DNA of 27,556 nucleotides. Origin: Snowella sp. (GTDB lineage: Bacteria; Cyanobacteriota; Cyanobacteriia; Cyanobacteriales; Microcystaceae). Shown in pieces: positions 18,131 through 27,556 of the stretch. How positions within the stretch are numbered: position 1 is the first letter of the stretch; each line of letters opens with the position of its first letter. The position numbers and the translations under genes were made by a program. The stretch spans positions 1-27,556 of the forward strand of contig JAYKGY010000113.1 in assembly GCA_035285545.1 (NCBI GenBank), read 5' to 3'. A model generated the notes under the pieces. It was not told the origin of the DNA. It searched no databases and saw only the letters and a list, made by a program, of their open reading frames with translations.

Positions 18131-19048
18131 TGGTACACTCTAGATAGTGGAAAAAACCTTAGCCACTTTTTCAAATTGAGTCACCTTAGGGTAGACCCTA
18201 AACCTTGACAACTGAATCTGTATGGTTCTACTAAGTTGTACCGAATTCTTCCTTAAATTTTTTAGGAAATTCCTGATAGTAGATATAAAGATTCACAGGA
18301 ATCGGACACAGTAGCATTTTATTGAAACCAAAACCCCTTTGGCGTTGCCCAAGATCCCCCTGAGGTCAACTAAACCAAAGACCTTGGGGAGAACAACACT
18401 GTTAACCTAGAGACTTTCAAAAATCTCGGTTATCAGAACTCCTTGAACCCAAACTTGTGTGATCAGGCTAACATAGAACGTTTAATGTGCCCAGCACTGA
18501 GGCTCGATTCAGTCTTGAGTCTCCACTCTTGTTATCCTGTGGTTATGGTTTCAGCATTCGATCCATACAGTCACTTCCTCATGCCCGACTTCTTCCCTTG
18601 TTATTAACCTTTATTTTTAAAGATGCAGAAACAGCAAAAGCAAACAATAAAACTAATTTCAAAATTCAGGAATTATCTTCCAACGCATTAACATTTGATC
18701 GACATTTTAAGTTTTTTAAATATTGGGGTTCAAAACAGCGCGATCGCGATCCATTCAACTTAGCTCCGATCCCCTGGCCACTGCCCCCATCCGGTATTTT
18801 CATCATCCATCTACTGGACATAAATCAAGAATCAATCGTGCTCCATCTTCAAGGGACAAGTAAAATCAGAATTTTGCTTAAGTAGAGTCAGAAATTTAGA
18901 CAACTCAATAAAGCCCTTAAAAATAGGAACCCTTGATTCCCACTTCCCAGTAGTCATTGATATATTTTGAGTTTTTTTGTGAATCCAATCTTAAGACATC
19001 GCCTAGAGCAGGGGGTCGAGATTGCCGATAAATTTTTGAGGAACTTTC
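18131..19048 (+). promoter_or_regulatory. Probable promoter and long structured 5' leader of rne
   Basis: Extended -10 TGGTACACT at 18131..18139. Stem-loops at 18186..18201, 18269..18302, 18355..18390, 18403..18432 and 18499..18523. U-rich tract at 18964..18980. Confidence 0.5.
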
Positions 19049-21136
19049 ATGCCAAAACAAATTATTATTTCAGAGCAACATCATGTAGCCGCCGTTTTTT
19101 GGGAAGATCAAATTCAAGAACTCGTCGTTGCCACCGGAAATCAACAAGTTAGCGATATTTATTTAGGATTAGTTGAAAACGTTATTCCAGGGATTGATGC
19201 CGCTTTTGTCAATATTGGCGATGCGGAACGAAACGGCTTTATCCATGTCACCGATCTTGGCCCCCTACGTCTCAAACGAACCGCCGGAGCGATTACCGAA
19301 CTGCTTGCACCGCAACAAAAAGTTCTGGTTCAGGTCATGAAAGAACCAACAGGGAACAAAGGGCCCCGTTTAACGGGCAACATCAGTTTACCGGGTCGTT
19401 ACTTGGTGCTTATTCCTTCCGGCAGAGGCGTTAATCTTTCCCGTCGCATTAGAAACGAAGAAGAACGCAATCGACTCCGTGCCCTAGCAATTTTAACCAA
19501 ACCGCCAGGCATGGGGTTACTTGTCCGTACCGAAGCAGAAGGGAAAAGCGAAGAAGCCATCATGGAGGACTTGGAGTTTCTCCAAAAACAATGGGAAAGC
19601 ATCCAGCAGCAAGCGGTTTCCACCCGTGCCCCTGCCCTGTTAAACCGTGATGATGACTTTATCCAACGGGTACTGCGAGATATGTTCTCCGCCGATGTCA
19701 ATCGCATTGTGACGGAGACTGCTTCGGGGATGAAACGGGTCAAACAGCATTTAATGTCCTGGGGACAGGGCCGTATTCCCGATGGGGTTTTGATTGATCA
19801 ACACCGTGAATCCCAATCGATTTTTGATTATTTCCGCATTAATGCCGCGATTCGAGAAGCCCTCAAACCCCGTGTAGATTTGCCATCGGGGGGATATATT
19901 ATTATCGAACCGACAGAAGCCTTAACGGTCATTGATGTTAACTCTGGCTCCTTTACCCGCTCGGCAACGGCACGAGAAACGGTGCTGTGGACAAATAGCG
20001 AAGCCGCCACGGAAATTGCCCGTCAACTCCGCCTCAGAAACATTGGTGGAGTCATTATTGTGGATTTCATCGATATGGATTCCCGCCGCGATCAATTAAA
20101 ACTCCTGGAGCATTTTAACCGCTGCCTGAAAGCAGATAAGGCTCGTCCCCAAATCGCCCAATTATCCGAATTAGGCTTGGTAGAATTGACCCGCAAACGT
20201 CAGGGACAAAATATTTATGAATTGTTTGGTCGTCCCTGTCCTACCTGTGGCGGGTTGGGGCATTTGGCGGAACTGCCGGGAGAAAGTGCCCCGATCTCGT
20301 TAGAGTCTAATTCTTTTAATCCATCCAGTTTTAGTATGACTCCTCGAACGGTTGACAAACTCGTGATTGAGCCACCGGATACGACGATGGATTCATCCTC
20401 GGATTACGACAGCAACGATACGGGGTCAGAATTTGATTTGCTTTATCACCCCAACTATCAAGAACAGGGGGGGAATAATAATCGCCGTCGTCGCCGTCGT
20501 CGTGGAAATGAAAAAGAAGATACCCCCAAAGGCTTTCCCAATTTAATTAGTAAAACGGTAGAGATTGAAAGAGACCAGGAGGAGCGTCCCGAACGAGAAA
20601 GCCGCCCTGAACGGGAAAGAGAACATCGCTCTGAACGCCGAGAACGGTTGATTCGTCGCGAGGATATTCCGGTGGAACGGGTGACGGTGGAGATGACTCC
20701 CATGGAACAGGATGTTTATGCCTTGATGGGGGTTTCGCCCTTGGTACGGTTAGACCGACAATTTAAAGATCCGAAGTCTGTGATTGTTTCGGTTAAAGCA
20801 CCGGGTGAACCGGATCCGATCCTGCCTGAAAAGGTTACTATTTCGAGTAATCGTAAGTCGATTCCGACAATTAATCGTGATTTTTCCAGAGAATCGGTGG
20901 AAGACAGATTAGAAGCGATCGCGGATGAGAATAGCGCACCTGATTTAGGGGATTCCCCGACCGTGCTAATCGCGAATGGCAATACGGAAGAAATTTCCTT
21001 AGCGAACAAACGGGTGTTACCGAATCTTAATTCTCCAGAGCTTGACCCTGCCCCCATGGTGACAACGGAAGAAACCGACGCTGATCAACCCTTAATTCGT
21101 CGCCGTCGTCGTCGTTCTTCTGCCCAAGACGCTTAA
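19049..21136 (+). CDS. rne: Ribonuclease E
   Basis: S1 domain DAAFVNIG, IDVNSG, IVDFIDM, Zn-link CPTCGGLG, and a disordered C-terminus ending in the cyanobacterial PNPase-binding motif RRRRRRSSA. Confidence 0.97.
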   Translation: MPKQIIISEQHHVAAVFWEDQIQELVVATGNQQVSDIYLGLVENVIPGIDAAFVNIGDAERNGFIHVTDLGPLRLKRTAGAITELLAPQQKVLVQVMKEPTGNKGPRLTGNISLPGRYLVLIPSGRGVNLSRRIRNEEERNRLRALAILTKPPGMGLLVRTEAEGKSEEAIMEDLEFLQKQWESIQQQAVSTRAPALLNRDDDFIQRVLRDMFSADVNRIVTETASGMKRVKQHLMSWGQGRIPDGVLIDQHRESQSIFDYFRINAAIREALKPRVDLPSGGYIIIEPTEALTVIDVNSGSFTRSATARETVLWTNSEAATEIARQLRLRNIGGVIIVDFIDMDSRRDQLKLLEHFNRCLKADKARPQIAQLSELGLVELTRKRQGQNIYELFGRPCPTCGGLGHLAELPGESAPISLESNSFNPSSFSMTPRTVDKLVIEPPDTTMDSSSDYDSNDTGSEFDLLYHPNYQEQGGNNNRRRRRRRGNEKEDTPKGFPNLISKTVEIERDQEERPERESRPEREREHRSERRERLIRREDIPVERVTVEMTPMEQDVYALMGVSPLVRLDRQFKDPKSVIVSVKAPGEPDPILPEKVTISSNRKSIPTINRDFSRESVEDRLEAIADENSAPDLGDSPTVLIANGNTEEISLANKRVLPNLNSPELDPAPMVTTEETDADQPLIRRRRRRSSAQDA

Positions 21137-21164
21137 CGTTTCGTGTTTTTAATCAGCTAAACCT

Positions 21165-21809
21165 TTGAAGAGTGTTTCCCCCGTTTTACTTCCTGAAGAC
21201 GCTTTGGCCCGATCCAATCCTGATTGTCTGATTGCAGGCGTTGATGAAGTCGGACGGGGGGCTTTATTTGGCCCGGTTGCTGCCGCCGCGATCGCTGTTC
21301 CCCTAGCGGTTATTCCCAAATTACTGACGTTAGGAATTAAGGACAGCAAACAACTTTCTCCTAAACGCAGACAGGCCTTAGTGCCCCTAATTAAACAGCA
21401 CGCGATCGCCTGGCACATTAGCTATGCCACCGTCGAAGAAATTGCCACGATCAACATTCGGCAAGCGTCCTTGCTCGCCATGAAACGCTGTTTATTGAAA
21501 TTAGCCGTTTCTCCTCACCACTGTTTGATTGATGGTCGTGATCTAATTCCGGATCTGGGATTAACCCAAACCCCAATGATTAAAGGCGATCAACGTTCTC
21601 CTGTGATTGCGGCCGCCAGTATTTTAGCCAAAGTCTGGCGAGATGATTTAATTACCCGCATCGCTCCTCGTTATCCTGTTTACGATTTAGCAACCAATAA
21701 GGGGTATGGGACGCAAAAACACCGTTTAGCACTACAACAATACGGTTTAACGCCACTGCATCGGGCAGGCTTTTGTCGCAAAATTATGGCTAATTCTGAT
21801 AGGATCTAG
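21165..21809 (+). CDS. rnhB: Ribonuclease HII
   Basis: AGVDEVGRG, DSKQL, IDG, KGD, AAASILAKVWRD, NKGYGT. TTG start uncertain. Confidence 0.95.
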   Translation: MKSVSPVLLPEDALARSNPDCLIAGVDEVGRGALFGPVAAAAIAVPLAVIPKLLTLGIKDSKQLSPKRRQALVPLIKQHAIAWHISYATVEEIATINIRQASLLAMKRCLLKLAVSPHHCLIDGRDLIPDLGLTQTPMIKGDQRSPVIAAASILAKVWRDDLITRIAPRYPVYDLATNKGYGTQKHRLALQQYGLTPLHRAGFCRKIMANSDRI

Positions 21810-21852
21810 ACGGGAAATTTGCGGAGATCGGGGAAATCCTCGAAATATTTGT

Positions 21853-23112
21853 GTGTCCACTCAATCTCAACTGTTGCAACAAATTCGTGTTATTAATCCG
21901 ATTAATCAAACCGATCAACGAGCGGATGTTTGGATAGTTGAGGGTAAAATTAGCCGAATCGAACCCCATATTACCCCAATTCCCGAAAATACTCAGGTTA
22001 TTCCGGCTCAAGAATTGATTTTTGCCCCTGGGTTAGTTGATTTGTACAGTTACAGTGGAGAACCTGGTCAGGAAGAACGGGAAACCTTAGACAGTTTGGC
22101 TGCTGCCGCGATCGCCGGAGGATTTACCCACGTTGGGATTTTACCGAAGCTCCAACCCGTTTTAGATAATCCTGCCACCTTAACCCATCTTCAACAAAAG
22201 TTAACCCGCCTAAATGCCCAAAAATTACCGAAATTCCACTTTTGGGGCAGCTTAACCCTGGACACCAAAGGAGAACAACTCAGTGAATTAGGGGAATTAG
22301 CCCAAACCGAGATTATTGGGTTTACTGATGCCCAACCCTTGAGTAATTATGGGTTACTGCGTCGTGCCCTAGAATATTTGCAACCGTTTCATAAACCCGT
22401 GGCCTTAGTTCCGGTAAATTTAAGCTTGCGGGGCAATGGGGTCATGCGAGAAGGAGATGCCTCGATTTGTTTCGGGTTACCGGGCGATCCGGTGATGTCC
22501 GAATCTTTGGCGATCGCGTCCATTTTAGAATTGGTGAGCGCGACCCAAACCCCAGTTCATTTAATGCGAATTTCCACCGAACGGGGCGTAGAACTCATTG
22601 CAGACGCAAAATCTCGCCATTTACCGATTACGGCCAGTGTTACCTGGAGCCATTTGTTATTAAATACGGAAAGTATTCGCAGTTACGACCCCAATCTTCA
22701 TCTTGATCCTCCCTTGGGTAATGAATCGGATCGGTTAGCTCTCATTTACGGTGTTAAATCTGGCATTATTGACGCGATCGCAGTGGATCATCGAGCCTAT
22801 ACCTACGAAGAAAAAACCCTATCGTTTGCGGAATCTCCCGCAGGAACCATTGGTTTAGAATTAGCCTTACCCTGTCTTTGGCAAAATCTGGTGGAAACCG
22901 GACAGTTAACCGCCGTGGAACTGTGGCAAGCCTTAAGCATCAATCCGTTACGCTGTTTAGGACTTCCAAACTCCCTATCCGATTATTTAATTTTCGATCC
23001 CATACTCCCTTGGATAGTAGAAGCTTCAACCCTTAAAACCTTGGGTAGAAATACATTTTGGTTAAATCAATCTCTTCAAGGAAAAGTGACTCAAATGATT
23101 AGCTCAGTATGA
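21853..23112 (+). CDS. Dihydroorotase-like protein, probably catalytically inactive (PyrC'-type)
   Basis: Amidohydrolase fold motifs (PGLVD, EPG.E.RET, AAIAGGFT, PPL, AVDH, GLELALP), but metal-ligand His residues are replaced. Confidence 0.85.
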   Translation: MSTQSQLLQQIRVINPINQTDQRADVWIVEGKISRIEPHITPIPENTQVIPAQELIFAPGLVDLYSYSGEPGQEERETLDSLAAAAIAGGFTHVGILPKLQPVLDNPATLTHLQQKLTRLNAQKLPKFHFWGSLTLDTKGEQLSELGELAQTEIIGFTDAQPLSNYGLLRRALEYLQPFHKPVALVPVNLSLRGNGVMREGDASICFGLPGDPVMSESLAIASILELVSATQTPVHLMRISTERGVELIADAKSRHLPITASVTWSHLLLNTESIRSYDPNLHLDPPLGNESDRLALIYGVKSGIIDAIAVDHRAYTYEEKTLSFAESPAGTIGLELALPCLWQNLVETGQLTAVELWQALSINPLRCLGLPNSLSDYLIFDPILPWIVEASTLKTLGRNTFWLNQSLQGKVTQMISSV

Positions 23113-23473
23113 AAAATGGCAATTTGATTCCGTTGTCAGAGTCCGCTATCTTTGGCCTTTATCTTATGGGTATTTTCCATCAGATGACACCAACCCAAAT
23201 TTTCTAAAACGCTAATAAAGATTGACTGGGATTTAAAAAGATTAATCTGTTAAAAATCAAGATATTAGATTAAATAAAAAGACGATAAACGAAACCCCAA
23301 TTATTGACTTTCATGCTTTAATCTTACACTCAAAAGCTTAACTCGAATTATAAAATGAATCTTTTCTCAAATCTATAAAGATAATTTAATTTTCGGGATA
23401 AAAATTTATTTTGGCTAAATACTTAAAACATTGGAAAATATAAAATAGTGCGATTAGCTACAGGAGAGATTTC

Positions 23474-25159
23474 ATGTCGGATAATTTCAGAAGTCATGTG
23501 GTGACCCAGGGAACGCAACGTAGCCCCAACCGTGCCATGTTAAGGGCTGTAGGTTTCGGAGATGACGACTTTACCAAGCCTATTGTGGGAATTGCCAATG
23601 GGTATAGCACCATTACGCCTTGCAATATGGGCATTAATGATTTGGCGAAGCGGGCTGAAGTAGGCGCGAAAGAAGCGGGAGCAATGCCCCAAATGTTTGG
23701 AACTATCACGATTAGTGATGGAATTTCGATGGGAACGGAAGGGATGAAATATTCTCTGGTTTCCCGTGACGTAATTGCCGATTCCATTGAGACGGCTTGT
23801 AATGGGCAAAGTATGGATGGGGTCTTAGCGATTGGGGGCTGTGATAAAAATATGCCAGGGGCGATGATCGCGATCGCGCGGATGAATATTCCAGGCATTT
23901 TTGTCTATGGCGGAACCATTAAACCGGGCCATTACGACGGTAAAGATTTAACCGTAGTCAGTTCCTTTGAAGCCGTTGGCCAATATAGTGCCGGAAAAAT
24001 TGACGAAGAAACTTTACTGGGAATTGAACGCAATGCTTGCCCTGGTGCCGGTTCCTGTGGCGGCATGTATACAGCCAATACCATGTCTTCTGCCTTTGAA
24101 GCAATGGGAATGAGCTTACCCTATTCATCCACCATGGCCGCTGAGGATGCGGAAAAAGCGGATAGTGCCGAAGCCTCTGCCAAAGTTCTAGTCGAAGCCA
24201 TCCGCAAACGTATCTTACCCAGCCAAATCCTGACTCGTAAAGCCTTTGAAAATGCGATCTCTGTGATTATGGCCGTCGGGGGATCAACCAATGCCGTCCT
24301 CCACATGTTGGCGATCGCGAATACCATTGGCGTGGAATTAACGCTTGATGACTTTGAAACCATTCGTCATCGTGTACCTGTGTTGTGTGACTTAAAACCC
24401 TCTGGTCAGTATGTAGCAACTAATTTGCATCAGGCAGGTGGAATTCCTCAAGTCATGAAAATGTTATTAGTCCATGACTTGTTACACGGCGATTGCTTAA
24501 CCATTACGGGACAAACCATTGCGGAAGTCTTAAAAGATATTCCCGATGAACCGGCTAGCAACCAAGATGTTATTCGCCCCTGGTCTAATCCCGTTTACCA
24601 AGAAGGCCACTTGGCTATTCTTAAAGGGAACTTAGCCCAAGAAGGTTCCGTTGCCAAAATAAGTGGCATCAAAAATCCTCAAATTACTGGCCCAGCAAGG
24701 GTGTTTGAATCCGAAGAAGATTGCTTAGCCGCGATCCTAGCCAACAAAGTCCAAGCAGGTGATGTCGTTGTTGTTCGCTATGAAGGCCCCAGGGGTGGCC
24801 CTGGGATGCGGGAAATGTTAGCCCCCACTTCAGCAATTATCGGTGCAGGTTTAGGGGATTCTGTTGGACTCATCACCGATGGTCGCTTTTCGGGCGGAAC
24901 CTATGGCATGGTCGTGGGTCACGTTGCCCCTGAAGCCTATGTTGGTGGCAATATCGCCCTCGTTCAAGAAGGGGACAGCATCACCATTGATGCCCATCAA
25001 CGCTTACTGCAATTAAATGTCAGCGAAGAAGAACTCGCTCAACGTCGAGCCAATTGGAAACCCCCTCAACCCCGTTATACCAGAGGCGTTTTAGGCAAGT
25101 ATGCAAAAATCGTTTCTTCTAGCAGTTTAGGAGCGGTAACGGATTTGAATTTGTTCTAA
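23474..25159 (+). CDS. ilvD: Dihydroxy-acid dehydratase
   Basis: [60 protein letters not shown]. Confidence 0.98.
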   Translation: MSDNFRSHVVTQGTQRSPNRAMLRAVGFGDDDFTKPIVGIANGYSTITPCNMGINDLAKRAEVGAKEAGAMPQMFGTITISDGISMGTEGMKYSLVSRDVIADSIETACNGQSMDGVLAIGGCDKNMPGAMIAIARMNIPGIFVYGGTIKPGHYDGKDLTVVSSFEAVGQYSAGKIDEETLLGIERNACPGAGSCGGMYTANTMSSAFEAMGMSLPYSSTMAAEDAEKADSAEASAKVLVEAIRKRILPSQILTRKAFENAISVIMAVGGSTNAVLHMLAIANTIGVELTLDDFETIRHRVPVLCDLKPSGQYVATNLHQAGGIPQVMKMLLVHDLLHGDCLTITGQTIAEVLKDIPDEPASNQDVIRPWSNPVYQEGHLAILKGNLAQEGSVAKISGIKNPQITGPARVFESEEDCLAAILANKVQAGDVVVVRYEGPRGGPGMREMLAPTSAIIGAGLGDSVGLITDGRFSGGTYGMVVGHVAPEAYVGGNIALVQEGDSITIDAHQRLLQLNVSEEELAQRRANWKPPQPRYTRGVLGKYAKIVSSSSLGAVTDLNLF

Positions 25160-25172
25160 ATTTTTGTTTTAG

Positions 25173-25212
25173 GTTCTCTTGTTTAAGCCTTTATTGACTT
25201 TAACAAGGGAGC
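25173..25212 (+). terminator. Stem-loop downstream of ilvD
   Basis: GTTCTCTTGTTTAAG pairs with CTTTAACAAGGGAGC (G-U pairs, one mismatch). No U-tract. Confidence 0.45.
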
Positions 25213-25357
25213 TTAACGCAGATATTTAACAATTTATAGTAAATACAATTCTCTGTTTAAAATATGTTTGGGTAATAAATTATATTATTAAATGTATGAC
25301 AATTGAGTATAGTTCACAGTTAAACTATAAAGAAAAAATTTACTAAGAAACTAAATT

Positions 25358-25564
25358 ATGACGTTTTGTGATGTGCTAGAAGCGATTAAAGCCTTATCTC
25401 TAGAAGAAAAAGAAGAAATACAATTTCTTATTGAACAGTTCTTACGAGAAGAACGCCGTGAAGAAATTTATCAAAATTATTTAATAAGTAAACAACAAGA
25501 AAAAGAAGGAAAATTACAATTTTCTTCAGATATTGATCAATTAATACAATCTCTAAAATACTAA
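25358..25564 (+). CDS. Small acidic helical protein, putative orphan antitoxin
   Basis: 68 aa, very AT-rich, EAIKALSLEEKEEIQFLIEQFLREERREEIYQNY pattern resembling small proteins I recall upstream of YafQ/RelE toxins in cyanobacteria. Confidence 0.6.
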   Translation: MTFCDVLEAIKALSLEEKEEIQFLIEQFLREERREEIYQNYLISKQQEKEGKLQFSSDIDQLIQSLKY

Positions 25565-25616
25565 AAATAAACGATTTTCTAGCAATTTCTTTGAATTTGG
25601 ATCTTTTCTTGAATCT

Positions 25617-26519
25617 TTAATTGATTTTTTCAGAATTTAAAATCCAATCCAATAAAATCGGATTAACTAATTCGGGGGCTTCATCCTGGGGGCAATGGCC
25701 AACGCCTTCTAGGGGGATAAACTGTTCAACGGTTGGATATTGGGCTAACTCTCGTCCAAGCGCGATCGCTTCCCAAGGATCTTCCGTTCCCCAAAGTAAA
25801 ATGGTAGGGCAGGTTAAACGGGGCAACAGATCTTCCGGTAAAGGCCCTTGAGAATACCCCGTAAATGCTAAGAACACATCCGCCGCTCCCGTATCTTGAG
25901 CCGGCTTCATTAAAATTTCCACCAATTCATCGGTTACCGCATCAGGGTTAGCATAGGCTTGCAGTAAGATTTTACGAACGGTTTTCGGGTTAGCAATCTG
26001 GTTAAAGAAAAAACGCCCGATCGCGGGATTATTTAAAATTTTCTGTAAAGCAGAAGCCCCCACTTGTCGATACCAGGGTAAAGTCAGTCGTTTCCGCTCA
26101 TGTAACAAGCGCAGAGAACAATTCAAGGCCGCAATGCCCTGTACTTGATCAGGAAAATCCACAGCCGTTTGCATTACCACAATACACCCGATGGAATTAC
26201 CGACTAAAAAAGCAGGACTTTGAACCACTTCCCGACAAAAATCGGCAACTAATTGCCCCCAGGTTTCAAAGGTATAGGACATTTGCTCACTCGGCTTCGG
26301 TTTCGCGGAGGCCCCAAAACCCAGGAGATCGATCGCATAACAACGACAGTGTTGTCCTAAAACTGGCAGATTTTTACGCCAGTGCCCCCAGGATGCACCA
26401 AAACCATGCACTAAAACCACCGCAGGGCCAGTATCTCCCCAGTGTTGATAGGTAATCGGAAAACCTTGCCAGTTCCAACATTTAGGCGGATTCAAAACGC
26501 CAGAAGACAACGCAGTCAT
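25617..26519 (-). CDS. Alpha/beta fold hydrolase
   Basis: LVHGFGAS, IDLLGFGAS, nucleophile GNSIG, WGTEDPW, GHCPQDEAPE. Confidence 0.93.
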   Translation of the reverse strand: MTALSSGVLNPPKCWNWQGFPITYQHWGDTGPAVVLVHGFGASWGHWRKNLPVLGQHCRCYAIDLLGFGASAKPKPSEQMSYTFETWGQLVADFCREVVQSPAFLVGNSIGCIVVMQTAVDFPDQVQGIAALNCSLRLLHERKRLTLPWYRQVGASALQKILNNPAIGRFFFNQIANPKTVRKILLQAYANPDAVTDELVEILMKPAQDTGAADVFLAFTGYSQGPLPEDLLPRLTCPTILLWGTEDPWEAIALGRELAQYPTVEQFIPLEGVGHCPQDEAPELVNPILLDWILNSEKIN

Positions 26520-26540
26520 AGAGCAATGGAGTAAACAGCA

Positions 26541-27137
26541 TTACCACAATGTTCCCATATTTCGGATTTCTTCGCGGCGTTGTTGGGAGGATTGCGGTTG
26601 CTCCGTCTTGGGAGAATTGCGGTGGGGCAAGGGAGGGGGCGGTGGAACGGGGAGAGATTGATTTGCATTCGACCATTCCATTTTGTTGAGGGCCCTTTGA
26701 ATGATGCCAACCGTATTGTCCCAAGTTAATTCTTGATTGGGATAGTCTAATAAATTGCGTTGTTGCAGTAAAGTTTGCAGAGAATCTAACATTTTCTGAG
26801 CAGTATCCCGCTCCATTTCTGTTTCTGAAACAATTGGGGCAGAGACTCGCAATGGATCTCGTTCAATCGCCGCGATCGCCCGACGAACCGCAGATACAAC
26901 CTGTTCCTTATATTTTTTACGGGCTGTCTGAATTTGCTGATTTTGCCCTTGCTGACTCGAAGCGTAGAGAGCCGGTAAGCGATTTAAAGAATAGGTGGCC
27001 ACCTCAACCTTATTGATATAACTTGCCAAGGCTTTAGGATAATGCTTTAACTGCCTATCAATTTCTTCATAAACTAAAATTTCCATTACATTTTGATGGA
27101 ATGTTGCTTTATTAGTGACTTTATCGCTAGTTAACAT
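26541..27137 (-). CDS. ComFB-family protein (CdgR-like candidate c-di-NMP receptor)
   Basis: NVMEILVYEE...VATYSLNRLPALYASS..G...AVRRAIAAIERDPLR ComFB pattern, with a Pro/Gln-rich tail. Confidence 0.85.
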   Translation of the reverse strand: MLTSDKVTNKATFHQNVMEILVYEEIDRQLKHYPKALASYINKVEVATYSLNRLPALYASSQQGQNQQIQTARKKYKEQVVSAVRRAIAAIERDPLRVSAPIVSETEMERDTAQKMLDSLQTLLQQRNLLDYPNQELTWDNTVGIIQRALNKMEWSNANQSLPVPPPPPLPHRNSPKTEQPQSSQQRREEIRNMGTLW

Positions 27138-27430
27138 TGTTATCCTATCGGTGAGATGATCTATAGAAAATGAATCGGGTTAATATTGTTAATTCCAACT
27201 TAGGATAGAGAGAATTTTATGAATATTTGGATATGATGTAAGTTAACGTTAAAAACTGTACTTGACGAAAAATATTAAAAATAATTTTTAAGCTAAATTA
27301 TGATTCTGTAATAATCCCTGCTTGAGTCTGTGGGGATAACAACTGTTTCATAAAGATAACTTTCTAAGCGGTTATGTTAGTAGCGGGCGATACCTAAATT
27401 TACCGTAATATTAGTTATACACTATTTAGA

Positions 27431-27556
27431 CTAAGAACCTATCCGAAAAATGTGAGAAGTTTGCGGCCGATGATCAAACAAGCAGCAATCTGAATAAAGC
27501 CCAAGTAGGATTGAGAAGATTTGGCCCATCGAATAAGGATGCCTCGGAAACGATTA
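27431..27556 (-). mobile_element. 3' end of a second, identical IS5-family copy in inverted orientation (truncated)
   Basis: Exact reverse complement of 1..126. Transposase C-terminal fragment at 27439..27555 on the minus strand. Confidence 0.85.

Larger units (their letters stand above)
448..26879. repeat. HIP1 (GCGATCGC) dispersed octamer, about 36 copies
   Basis: Hand count about 36 (e.g. 448, 699, 1032, 2450, 7253, 12207/12213 overlapping, 13306, 18740, 24311, 26872), about 1.3 per kb. Fewer than one is expected by chance. Confidence 0.95.

Noticed and set aside
18205..18234. TTGACA-based sigma70 promoter
   Set aside because: No good -10 hexamer at 16-18 nt spacing (best is TACTAA at 18).
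18487..18885. 132-aa GTG ORF upstream of rne
   Set aside because: No RBS or recognisable motif and atypical composition. Better explained as leader sequence, though not strictly excluded.
18967..19152. 61-aa TTG ORF overlapping the rne start (possible uORF)
   Set aside because: Weak start, no RBS, and an out-of-frame overlap of about 100 nt with rne.
20485..20502. CGT/CGC trinucleotide runs (also near 21098..21115) as contingency loci
   Set aside because: They encode the conserved poly-Arg motifs of cyanobacterial RNase E.

Overview
Cyanobacterial chromosomal segment, probably from a unicellular Synechocystis/Microcystaceae-like lineage. Support: about 36 HIP1 GCGATCGC octamers by hand count, plus rbp3-rpiA, nblA1-nblA2 and rne-rnhB gene pairs. 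Content is mostly core or conserved genes: the SphR/SphS phosphate two-component system, a creatininase-family amidohydrolase, a GldA/F/G-like ABC transporter, a CYP110-type P450, rpiA, rbp3, nblA1 and nblA2 (nblA2 is missed by the ORF track), a Usp protein, a ParE/RelE-type toxin-antitoxin pair, two soluble hybrid histidine kinases, rne-rnhB-pyrC-like, ilvD, a probable orphan antitoxin, an alpha/beta hydrolase and a ComFB/CdgR-family protein. Main non-gene structure: (1) bases 1-126 are the exact reverse complement of 27431-27556, and both encode the C-terminus of an IS5-family transposase, so the window sits between two identical inverted IS copies; (2) a ~145 bp MITE-like element carrying a GTAG-type REP hairpin lies at 16702-16846, and the left IS is inserted into a second copy of it; (3) a ~970 nt multi-hairpin region precedes rne; (4) the dihydroorotase-like protein lacks its metal-binding histidines. 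I found no convincing wholly novel multi-gene system. All family assignments come from motif recognition, not database searches.
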